Positions 14,037 through 24,360 of a stretch of 64,000 bases of DNA are shown here, in pieces. Location of the stretch: assembly GCA_963693365.1 (NCBI GenBank), contig CAVNZM010000008.1, forward strand, positions 5,046,310 to 5,110,309. The letters run 5' to 3'. The notes beneath the pieces are model-generated. The model did not search any database and was not told where the DNA came from. It worked only from the letters and a program-made list of their open reading frames with translations. Both the position numbers and the translations under genes were made by a program. This DNA comes from Amoebidium appalachense (taxonomy: Eukaryota > Protista > Ichthyosporea). Positions within the stretch are counted from its first letter, which is position 1; each line of letters begins with the position of its first letter.

Positions 14037-16633
14037 CTTTCCTTTTTTTCCCCACAGGACGCCAAGACTGAGGGCAGGCCAAGTGTCATATTACTACAGA
14101 AATCCTCTAATTTTCATTGGTTCTGTGATTTAACCAATCAGACAGAGGCTCCGAAAAAGCCATGGAATACCATGGATGCGTAAACGCCAGCAAGAAACCA
14201 ATCAATGAAAGGCACGTTTTTTCAACCAATGAAAACTAGCGGCCAAGTTAAATTCCAATCACACTCTAACATTGCAATGATTGCAGAGTAGGGGTAAACA
14301 AACGTAAACAGACTCACGCGAGTTGGAAGTTATCGATATCAGTTCTTCTTCTGAGTTCTTCGATCCCGGATCCCGCGCTGCTCTTGTCAAACTGTATGCA
14401 CTGGGGCATAAGCTCCGCATGCAGATAGCGGCGCGGGTGTGGATCAGAGATAACACCAGAAATAGGGGTGCTCTTTGATGGAAAGAACTGTTGTTTGAGG
14501 GGTGTCGTTCCGTATTTGGGCTTCATAGCTTACTATATATTAGAGATAGCTTATGCTTTTTTTTGACAACAAAATAAACCGGATATATGTTCATGATCAT
14601 GCAATCGATGACACCAAAGCATGCACGCTGCGCGCATACACTGTCATTCATATATATGCTAATGTTCAGCCCCTGAAATGCCCAAACCTTTAAATTGAAA
14701 AACACAAAAATTTTCATTTGGGGGGGGTAAGTACACAAGCAAGTACTCCCTTCACTCGGCATGAAGTTGGCAAAGGAATCAAAACGCTGCCGCGTATATC
14801 AATCCCTTTCATACGGGCCGGTTCAGTAGTCACGGGTATACTACCGTGCCGAGACCCAAACCGTTTTAGCGACCGATTAGGTAGCTTTTTGGCCCGAAAG
14901 TCACTTTCCAAATTGGGAGCAATAACGATTTTCATTGGACAAAAGCTTCAGATCATACTATATAAGGCAGCTGCGCATGGATCTAAAGGTCACTTTTTGG
15001 GGCTAACAAGGGTTCAGCGTGTAGAACGGCGGGCCGGGCCGGGTCCGGGCCCGCGCCGCCAACGAGCGAGTTTCCAATATGGAGCCTGGTGAAAGCATTT
15101 GCGGGGGGGCCCTGTTGTTGCGCTCCATTTCCCACCACTTACCCGCCTAGAGCTAGATGTTGGCACGTTTTTTTTTTTTTTGGGCAGGGCGCGGGCATTA
15201 GTTTTGGACACTAGCGCATTTCCGGGCCACCCAAGACCCCAAGCACGATGTTTTGGCAGCTGCACTAGGTTAAGGTTGTGTAACGTGGTACCACTATTGG
15301 AACAACTTATACCATGGATGATTTGGTGGTGTATACGTCTCTGAAATCGTTTTTGGAAGCACGCTACGAATCAGTAGTTTGCAATCATGTTTCCGACCTG
15401 CCAGACGACAACCTGCCGGAATTGACGCTTAACGACGTATTCCGGCAAACGAGAAAACTGTACAAAGCGAATATCAAAAGGGAAGAAGTGCGCACGGCTT
15501 TACTAGAGCACATGAGTGTAGATGCCAACAAAGGCGATGCCAAATGTTGTTAAAAAGAAAACGTGGAACGAAATTTATGATCGACTGAACGAAACTCGGT
15601 GAGCTGATCAGAAAGCACGGCGCCGGCGCGCATTGAATGTACAGGTATATGGCGACATGACTTTGCATCGCTCGCGGCTTCGCGCTAATGCGTATCTTGC
15701 TAGCCTGACATTTGGCGAATCAACGGATCTTATCTTATTACATCGAAGCTGAATCTCGATTTGCTGAAAGCCAATGGAACAACGGTGCGTGTGCCTGCAT
15801 TTGTTTACAGCTCGGAGAACCAATCCGAGGGCTCCGTGGAATATTGGTCGAAGCCACGTGCCCCCGATGCGTGGGAGCAGTGACGTATACGCCAAGATAT
15901 GACACTAGGGGGCCCGGCTGAGCGAAAGTCCCATGGGGTACGGTAGCCAGCCGAGGAAGCCTTGTAGGTGACCCTAGGCTAGATAGCCAGGCACTTCCGA
16001 GTTTCTAGACTTCCAGACGAATCTACTCCATCTGCCTACTTTTCTTTTCATTTGACTCGGGTTTATTGATCCGTTGATAAAGGCAACGTGCAGCCACAGG
16101 CTACATAACCACCAATAGAACTGAAAAAGCTACGAAATAAAAATAAAGCGACAAGTGACAAAGGACACCAGCACGCAAAACCTTAAGTGTACGTGTATGC
16201 GTGAAACTAGTTTGCTCCAACTAGTCATATAATGCATCGATGTTGACCAGACCACACTCCGCAAGAAGACATCATTACTGCTATACTTTTCTTTGTGTTT
16301 TATAATGGATTTTATTTCGATCGCAGCATCAGATAGGGCTAAGCCTCGGAATGGATATATATGGTACAGTTGCCATACAATAGACGCAACGAGATAGATG
16401 CTGAGATAGTAGCTTCACCGGATATCCAACTCATCAATATACTAAAACCGAGAATTCTACCTTAAGCTGCTAAAAGCTGCACGTATGAGCTCAACTACGG
16501 GGGTCGAGCCATGCAAGAATAAATTGCATAGAAAATGTCATACATTTTGCTATTCAACAAATAGATAGAGTCTATCATGATTCATTTTATTATGATTTCA
16601 TCAGATTCTTTTATTTTTTTGTTTCAAGTCCCA

Positions 16634-16667
<34 letters not shown>

Positions 16668-18314
16668 CTCCTTTCCCCGACACCCGCCTCCCGGAAGTTG
16701 ACCAAAAATAAAAATAAAAACAAAAAATGGCCAAAAAAAAAATCATAATAAAGAATCATCTATAAAAAATGCCAAGGCAGCCGTAGGGTCGATAGCTCAA
16801 GCATGTGCACCGTGATACATGATATAGGTTGGCAGGCAGGAGTGGGCCGGGATTTAACCCTCCAGCATGATCAAGAAGCAGCAAAGCCCCTCCCCCCCCC
16901 CCCCCCCGGGAAACCCTTCACGGTGCCACCGCTGCGGGGTGAATTTCATCCATCTTCCTGCGCCAACTGAAGTACCGGTCTCCCCGTGCCAACGACAGCC
17001 GCTGCCTTGGTGGACCCAAGATTGTGTTGATCAACTTCTTTACCTGGTGTGCAAGTGAGTAGCCAGGTGCCTCTCCCATGATTCCATCAGAAATGGTGGA
17101 TGGAGCCAGTGATGGTGTACCATGCGCAGGCACGCATATGATGCGTTGTCGTCAGGAGTTTAGAATTCGAATGTCAAAGTGAATACACAGCCGCAGACTA
17201 TCATGTGTGAGCTCAGCCTTGCACTGCAAGTGAGGTTTATTTGAAAGTCAGGGAGGGAATGAGCGATAATGCCTGTGACAACGTAATGCAACCTGATGGG
17301 GCAAACCTTTCACTAACCAGGATATTTATTAGAAGAGAGCAATACTGCCGTGTCGAATGGACATAGATGGAATACAGGGCTCAGACTAGGGCTAATTAAG
17401 TTGTCAACACCTGTACATTCACTACATGTTACATACCTCAGTCTCCGAAAGTCGGCTGTATATATGCTTACGCATGGCTCCGCGTCGCAATGCTCGTCAT
17501 CTAACAGGCAGGTTCTAAGTATATATACCGTATGAAGGAAGACTATGCAGCCAAGCACTAGGTTAGCAGCCCATCAGAGAGCTGGGCTGCAACTCATGCG
17601 CAACAGGTAACAAACGTGTGACACGTACTCGTTTGAACCATCACTTAGTCGAGGCACGGTGGTCAATGGAGTAACACTCCTGCTTTATTGTTAGTAAGCT
17701 ATGGCGCTTGGAGGCCACTAAGAAAAATAATATGGCATATATTGAGTGATGTACAAACTATTTAGTGTTAGTTGTCCCTGACGATGGGTTAACAGAACAT
17801 GGAGAAACTATAGATAAAGAGCTGGGCGTGGCTGAAGCGGCTGGCAAGAGCTAACACAAGAGAACGGTTATCGAAGAATCAATTACGACACGAAGTTTTT
17901 CTGCGTACATTCATTGGGTGACCATGGTTGCACTACAGCAAGTAGGTGGTGTCAGGGGCTTGAAACAGGACGAGGAGAGGGTGGCAGATAGCCTGAGCGT
18001 AAGCAACAGAGAGAGCCATGAGAAAGAGATCTAGAGAGCAAACCAAGGAGAAACAAACAGAGACCCGGGGGGGAGGGGGGGGGGGGAGATAGCGAATAAA
18101 GTGAGAGGGGAAGGGGGGGGGGGGGAGAAGAGAGAGAGAGGGGGGGGGGGACGGAGGGAGAGAGCGAGAGGAAGGGAAGGAGGGGAAGAGAGAGAGTGAG
18201 AGAGAGAGGGAGAGACAGACAGAGAGAGAGAGAGAGGGGGGGGGGAGAGAGAGGGAGGGAAGGAGGGGGGAGAGAGAGAGAGACAGAGAGAGGGGGGGGG
18301 GTAGAGAGAGAGGG

Positions 18315-18387
<73 letters not shown>

Positions 18388-18972
18388 GGGAGAGAGAGAG
18401 ACAGGGGGAGAGGGAGAGAGAGAGAGAGAAGAAAGGAGAGACAGAGAGGGGGAGGGGAGGAGCTGGACAAAGTGACAGAGAGATAGAGAGACAGATTGAG
18501 ACAGAGAGCGAAAGAAAGCCCGCGTATGCAAGTCTTTTTCGTGCGTACGTGCGTGCGCGTCGTGCGCATGCGTGGGTGTATCCGCGGGAGTGGAAGGGAG
18601 AGGGAGGGGGAGAGAGGGAGGGAGAAAAAAAAAGAGATAAAGAGAACCAGAGAATAATGCCAGCTCTAAAAAGTAGCTTAGAGAGAGAGAGGCGCCTGTT
18701 CATAAAGTGAAACTTAAGGTTTGCATCGATCGTACGGCGTCCAAAACGAAAAAAAAACAAAAAAACACAGCTGCCAGGTTACTATTGTAAACGTGAGCTG
18801 GCGTACGACGCCAGAAGAAATACCTCGATAGCGGCCCGGAATCCGCCAAAACCCCGGCCCTCCTCATGAAACGGCTCAGTGGTAAAGTGAGGGGGGGCCG
18901 GGTTGGAAATTTTGATTTTGTAAGTCTACAGGAAAAAATAACTTATGGTGGATTCATGTTGCAACCGAACAT

Positions 18973-19040
18973 AATGTAGTGAGCCGCTTCACGTGGGGGC
19001 TAGAATTTAGATAATGGGAATCTAGATAATAAGCGTTAAA
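18973..19040 (+). repeat. 68-bp direct repeat, copy 1 (contains the left TIR sequence of the 23767-24360 element)
   Basis: AATGTAGTGAGCCGCTTCACGTGGGGGCTAGAATTTAGATAATGGGAATCTAGATAATAAGCGTTAAA, identical to 23763-23830. Confidence 0.97.
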
Positions 19041-19883
19041 TATGATTGGTGGCTTTTCCACTGTTCTAAAAATGTGAGTGAGCCGCGCACCAGCTTTGTA
19101 GAGCTGGCTGTGGGCGTCGTTCGTTCAGTTCTTGTTTTTAGAGCTAGTGTGTAGGCGAAAAGAAAAAAGGGGAGGGAGCAACGTGATAAGGTACTACTAG
19201 TAATAATTAGGCTGTTTGGGTGTTTTCTTGGTTTGGTGGCACCTTGTGTAAAGGGGCAGAAGCTGAGACCTCAGTCTGATTAGTTGGTGCCTTACGGTTT
19301 GCTCTTGCTTTCTCTTTGGTTTTCGTTTTAGCGTTTGTGTGAGTGTCTGGCATCAGAGGTAAAAGGGATTTGTAGAGTTAGTTGGTTGAACTAAGTTTGG
19401 TGGTGCTACTGTAAAAGAGCACAAACTAGTTGCCTTAGCTAGCTGTCCTTTTTTCTGTTGACTTCTGCAATTGTCACACGAATTCTGGCAACTCAACGTT
19501 AACCAGCTCGTTCTCCTCATTTTCAAGGTTCCTTTTTTCGCTCTAGATATTAATACGACCTTTACATTTGTCTTTTCCCTTCAGTATGTTGTTTAGCTCG
19601 CTAGCGCTGAGGAGTCTTGTAGAGTGAAAAACTACGTAAATTTTGTCTGTCTCTCTGCCTATACAGTCACAGTGAACTTTCTGAACTCCAAGCATTACAA
19701 ATACGTGCTCTGCTTTCCTTGACATGGGCAAGTGAGCCTCTCTTCTTCCCGAGCAGAACTCTCTTATATACGACATTGTGAGTCAATGCACGGTCTCTAC
19801 TAGGTAGTCGAGCTCGGTGTAAACACACGGCCTCCCCCTGTGGGGAGGTGCGGGGGGTGTCACGGTGGCGCGCGTGTGTGTGG

Positions 19884-22412
19884 ATGGACCGTTCGATGGC
19901 AACAAGGATGCCTAGGCCCAGCTTCCACAGATTCGTACCCCCCTGCGCCTCCCGCAGCTGCCCAGCTGAGGCAGGGGGAGGCCACGGTCCACAGCCTTCG
20001 TTCCCGAACACAGCTGCCACGGAACCAGCTGAGTTTGGTTCTTTCCCTCGGAAGTGGTACACCGGTGAGCCCGTAGCCCCCCATGTTAGTACCCCTGGTG
20101 AGGGCGTCACGGGCGCGGCTGAGCCAGGCTTGTTTCCCCATGTGTCTAATGATTTACTTCCACTTCCCCTTTTTGTAGTCCCGCTGTTGCTTGATGGTGT
20201 TAGGTTGTCCTCTCCAAGAAGACGTGGGAGGTTCAACAAGAGATTTGCTGTGTTAAAGTTGGTTAATAGAACCATAGCTGCAATCAACACGTTGTATAAT
20301 GGGCCACCTGGCTCGGTAGAATCTCCTAGGAACGATGTTTGGCACAACATGCACGACACCTCTTCCCAGAATCACACACACTTTTCAACATTTTCCCCTC
20401 CTACCAGCACACACTTTTTTCCCACGCCTTTTCCTAAATCCACGCACTTTTCTCATGCACCCTCACCGGCACAGACACAATCCATTCAGCGAATTTTCGT
20501 TTTTTGCGCGGATATGCGCCGCAGGATCAGCAATGTCCCCTTAGCGGCTGTGTCTGAATCTTTCCCATATTTCAATCACTCAAAAGCTTTCACCCCCATA
20601 GTTGCTGAGCGTATTGCCCTTCCTCCTGAGGGGTTTGGGGCAACAGTTCCGCTCCTAGAGGTCCTTCCACCTGACCTCAAGGAGATGATGGAGAAGCCAA
20701 ACGTGTTGGTGGTGGCGTCAAATCGCACGGGTGACGCGGTCGGACAGCCGAACGGTCACGGAGTTTGCGGGCTTGGGGGCGTGTTGGCAACTGAGAGCAC
20801 CACTGAGGGTGCTGAAGGAGCCCACCCTTTGCCCGGGCGTCCTGTCCATGCATTTGCGTCGCCTGCGGAGTGGCCTATATTGGCTAAGCGTATGTATGTT
20901 TGTGGTATGGTTGCTTTTTCAGAAATTTCGGAGCCCCCAAAGATTATCAATGGTTTATTTGCGGTGGAGAAAGATGAGAAGGAAGACCGTCTTATCATGG
21001 ATGCTCGCCCCATGAATGCAGTCATGATAGACCCGCCCAATCCGAATTTTCCCAGTCCGGCAGATTTGTGTAGTATCATTGTTCCGAAGGACGCAGCGGT
21101 GGTGGTGGCCAAGTACGATTTTTCGAATTTCTACCACCGTTTTCGGGTGCCAGACTGGCTGTCTTGGTACCAAGGGCTTCCGCCGGTTTCGTCTTCAGCA
21201 GTGGGACTGCCGGGTGTCGATAGGTTGTTGTATCCGCGGGTGTTGTCTATGCCGATGGGCTGGAAATGGGCACCGTTTGTCGCCCAACGTTCTCACCAGC
21301 ACATCACGCACCCGCCTTTACGTATCGAACGATGCATCCAATCGAATTATTCACCGGCACATTCCATTACCGACCAATCGGATACGGCACATTTGATCTA
21401 CGTGGATGATTGGGTGGGGGTTGGGTTGGAGGAATCTACTGTAAATTCCGAGATGACGGCAGCCGGGCGCGCTGGAGAGACACACGGATTCGAAATAAAA
21501 CCGTCCAAAACGGTCACGGCGTCACGAGACCACCCGGAGACCGTAGCACTTGGGTTGGCTATAGGACGGGACGGTGTTATTCGACCGGATGCATCACGGT
21601 TGGCGCGGCTACTAGCCGACACAAAGGCGGTTCTGTTCATGCGGGAGGTGGCTCCACGGGCGTTATCTCGTTTGCTTGGGGGCTGGGCGTGGTTGTTGCT
21701 TTTGAATAGAGCTTTATTTTCTGTGTTAGAGGCGAGTTATCAGTTTGCGTTGTCAGCCGGCCAATGTCCACTAACGGCATGCCCAATCCCCTCTGCAGTC
21801 AAGGGGGAGTTGGCCCTGTTGGTGGATTTGGCACCTCTCATTGTGTGTGATTTGACGGCTGCTCCCGCCTCTCTTCTGTTGGCATCAGATGCGTCCACCA
21901 AGGGAGCAGGTGTTTCTATTGCGTCCGTTACGGCTGAGCAATCGTTGACGGCATTAGCACAGTCGGTGTCCAGACCCGGTTATTCCTTCTTGGGGCCTGT
22001 GGACGACACCGGTGAGCTCGTGATTAACGCCCTTTCAGCCGATGAATGTAACGACAGCACGAACCACCCCACGACCGACGACTCTTTTCTGAAAGTAGTT
22101 GACGGTCTGCAGTGGCACCATCCGATATCTACTCCGTGGCGGCACGAAGATCACATCACCATCCTCGAGGGGCACGCGCTGCTATTATCACTACGACGTT
22201 TCACGCGAGCACCACAAAATCACAGCACCAGAGTAGCTCATCTCATCGACAACACATCTTTATTGTTTGCGGTGGCCAAGGGTAGATCGAGTTCACGACG
22301 GCTAAACCATCTGTGCCGGCGGGTGGCAGCACTTGTGTGTGCAGCCGCACTTCGACCGGCGTGGGTGTGGGTCCCTTCTGCCCACAATCCAGCAGACACT
22401 GCCGTCACGTGA
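19884..22412 (+). CDS. Reverse transcriptase-RNase H polyprotein of DIRS/Ngaro/PAT type
   Basis: RT motifs LFAVEK, RLIMDAR, YDFSNFYH, MPMGWKWAPFVAQ and YVDD. RNase H motifs ASDAS, HITILEGHA, LIDN, KGRSSS and WVPSAHNPAD. First ATG is at 19884 (the track starts at GTG 19848). Confidence 0.95.
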   Translation: MDRSMATRMPRPSFHRFVPPCASRSCPAEAGGGHGPQPSFPNTAATEPAEFGSFPRKWYTGEPVAPHVSTPGEGVTGAAEPGLFPHVSNDLLPLPLFVVPLLLDGVRLSSPRRRGRFNKRFAVLKLVNRTIAAINTLYNGPPGSVESPRNDVWHNMHDTSSQNHTHFSTFSPPTSTHFFPTPFPKSTHFSHAPSPAQTQSIQRIFVFCADMRRRISNVPLAAVSESFPYFNHSKAFTPIVAERIALPPEGFGATVPLLEVLPPDLKEMMEKPNVLVVASNRTGDAVGQPNGHGVCGLGGVLATESTTEGAEGAHPLPGRPVHAFASPAEWPILAKRMYVCGMVAFSEISEPPKIINGLFAVEKDEKEDRLIMDARPMNAVMIDPPNPNFPSPADLCSIIVPKDAAVVVAKYDFSNFYHRFRVPDWLSWYQGLPPVSSSAVGLPGVDRLLYPRVLSMPMGWKWAPFVAQRSHQHITHPPLRIERCIQSNYSPAHSITDQSDTAHLIYVDDWVGVGLEESTVNSEMTAAGRAGETHGFEIKPSKTVTASRDHPETVALGLAIGRDGVIRPDASRLARLLADTKAVLFMREVAPRALSRLLGGWAWLLLLNRALFSVLEASYQFALSAGQCPLTACPIPSAVKGELALLVDLAPLIVCDLTAAPASLLLASDASTKGAGVSIASVTAEQSLTALAQSVSRPGYSFLGPVDDTGELVINALSADECNDSTNHPTTDDSFLKVVDGLQWHHPISTPWRHEDHITILEGHALLLSLRRFTRAPQNHSTRVAHLIDNTSLLFAVAKGRSSSRRLNHLCRRVAALVCAAALRPAWVWVPSAHNPADTAVT

Positions 22413-22440
22413 CGTCGTCCCCTCTGCAAAAATCACGCAT

Positions 22441-23379
22441 ATGCTCAATCTCAATGTCACGGCTCCCACAGTGGCGAAATACGACAACGCCTTGAACAAA
22501 TTCGTAGCGTGGTGTGTGGAAGATGGGGTGAGCACCTTCCAGTCGGTAGAGCAGGTGGATAACATGCTTGCGAGCTATGCAGCTGACATGTACGAAGAGT
22601 TGGGGGAGACCCGCAGCGGGCTCGCCCACTGCAAGACGGTGCTGTCAGCCATCCACCATTTCTATCCCCAGTGCAAGGACTCCTTGGTCCTGTCGGCCAG
22701 GGTCCTAAGGGGGTGGGACCATGCTAACCCGACCAATCACCACAGACCACTCCCCTACGACTACATGATTTTGGCAGTGTCGGCTCTGTGGGAATACAAG
22801 ATGCCGCACGTAGCACTCTATCTGTGTATGTCATTCGCAACCTACACCCGGCCGGGGGAGCTCTCGCGGCGCACGGTGGCAGACTTCATTCCTCCGAATG
22901 ATCCACGGTTGATTGAAATCAATGCTCCAGCGGGCAGTGCAGTGTTGCTTCTTCCACGGTCCAAAACGGGCAATCATCAGATGGTGGTGATCCGTGATCC
23001 AGTGTGCTTGCATTTGCTGCAGAAGCTCATGGCAGTGGGTGCATTTCCCCATGGCTCCCGCCCATCCGACCCTCTGTTTCATCCTGGGTACACACCATCG
23101 CTGGTAGCAACTCTTATGCAACAGAGTCTGACGGCTGTGGGCCTGGATAGCGACTTCTCATTGTACAGCACACGGCACGGGGCAGCCTCCACAGCAGCAC
23201 TCAGAGGGGAGGACTATGAGCAAATTCGTATCAATGGTCGGTGGCGTAATTTCACGACGCCTTTCAACCACTACATTGACACGAACAAGGCCATGCTCCT
23301 GGCAATTTCAATGCCCGCTCATCTGTCAGCCCAGGCAAAATCCTTGGCCCGTAGGCCACACATGATTACGCACGATTAG
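22441..23379 (+). CDS. Tyrosine recombinase (phage-integrase family) of the retroelement
   Basis: N-terminal TxxxY...FVAWC helical domain. Catalytic set: R (YTRPGE), K (SKTG), YxxR in place of HxxR (YSTRHG), W (GRW), Y (HYI). Frame is open from at least 22333; first ATG at 22441. May be fused to RT-RH (see findings). Confidence 0.93.
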   Translation: MLNLNVTAPTVAKYDNALNKFVAWCVEDGVSTFQSVEQVDNMLASYAADMYEELGETRSGLAHCKTVLSAIHHFYPQCKDSLVLSARVLRGWDHANPTNHHRPLPYDYMILAVSALWEYKMPHVALYLCMSFATYTRPGELSRRTVADFIPPNDPRLIEINAPAGSAVLLLPRSKTGNHQMVVIRDPVCLHLLQKLMAVGAFPHGSRPSDPLFHPGYTPSLVATLMQQSLTAVGLDSDFSLYSTRHGAASTAALRGEDYEQIRINGRWRNFTTPFNHYIDTNKAMLLAISMPAHLSAQAKSLARRPHMITHD

Positions 23380-23762
23380 CAGCTACAGGCTTCTACTACA
23401 CACACCCAACACACATTATTTAAAAGACACAATCACAAAATAAAAACAAGTAGGGTAGGTTTGGATAGATGAAGGGGTTCTTTCGGCCATTGTGTGCTGG
23501 AAGTGCTGTTCCTTCAATAGCCTATCATACACACACAAACACACACACATACACACACACACAAGTGTGCACACACACACAGTGTTCTGGGGTTTAGGGG
23601 GTTTATCCGGGGGTTTTGGGGGTTTTCTGATCAGATACTGATATTATTTATTAGGGCTAAAATCAATAATAAAATTCCTCACTGACTTGCATTTCTGCTT
23701 CTCTTTGTCTCGGTCACCTCGGGGAGCCACGACGGGAGTGAGGGGAAGTCTTGCCTCCGGCA

Positions 23763-23830
23763 AATGTAGTGAGCCGCTTCACGTGGGGGCTAGAATTTAG
23801 ATAATGGGAATCTAGATAATAAGCGTTAAA
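23763..23830 (+). repeat. 68-bp direct repeat, copy 2
   Basis: Identical to 18973-19040. Confidence 0.97.
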
Positions 23831-24360
23831 AATGTCCACTCCGATCGATCGCTTTAAATTTAATGCATTCTATCAGGGTCTAGAATCTGGATGCCCATCT
23901 TCCAGATGTCGCAATCTGGAAGAGGGGGGAGGGGGGGTCTTCCAGATGTCTGGAGCCAATCTAGAAATTGAACAGATTTCCGATTGGTCGGCTGCATTTT
24001 GTCTAGACCAATCAATGACCTTATTGAAGATCATTGGTCCAAAAGGGGTTTTTTGCATACCTGTGCTATGCTGTAGTTTCTGTCTCCTGTTTTGTTATGA
24101 AGTTTTCAGCGATACGTATATATAAACCTTGCAAAAAATATTAATATGCATATTTATAAGCTTATAAAATATTTATCACAGTCTCAGTGTTAAGTTTTTA
24201 CATTTATTTATTAAACAAAACAAGAATCAATGTAGAGTTTCTAAATTATCTAAATCATACCTGTGCGAACCGGAACAATTTAGAACGTTCTAAAGACAAT
24301 TTAGAACTTCCAGATTTGCCGCATTTCTAAATTCTAGCTCCCACGTGAAGCGGCTCACTG
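23767..24360. mobile_element. 594-bp non-coding TIR element (MITE with hAT- or Tc1-like ends), or right terminal module of the YR element
   Basis: 35-bp inverted repeats 23767-23801 and 24326-24360 (33/35 match; TAGTGAGCCGCTTCACGTGG... / ...CCACGTGAAGCGGCTCACTG). Short subterminal motifs TTCCAGAT, ATCTGGA and CAATTTAGAAC recur inside. No 8-bp TSD; only TG flanks both sides. Confidence 0.75.

Larger units (their letters stand above)
18973..23830 (+). mobile_element. Tyrosine-recombinase (DIRS-order) retroelement, apparently without gag; exact ends uncertain
   Basis: RT-RNase H ORF followed by a YR ORF, nearly free of microsatellites, bracketed by an identical 68-bp direct repeat (18973-19040 = 23763-23830). 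Alternative ends are defined by AAATGT at 19070-19075 and 23762-23767. Confidence 0.9.

Noticed and set aside
18981-19000. HDV/CPEB3-like ribozyme suggested by the loop TTCACGT
   Set aside because: The flanking P3 has a G-G mismatch and P1, P2 and P4 cannot be built; the motif is part of the TIR.
19667-20359. 230-aa antisense ORF overlapping the RT start, considered as gag
   Set aside because: Wrong strand, no gag-like motif, and explained as a shadow of a GC-rich coding frame.
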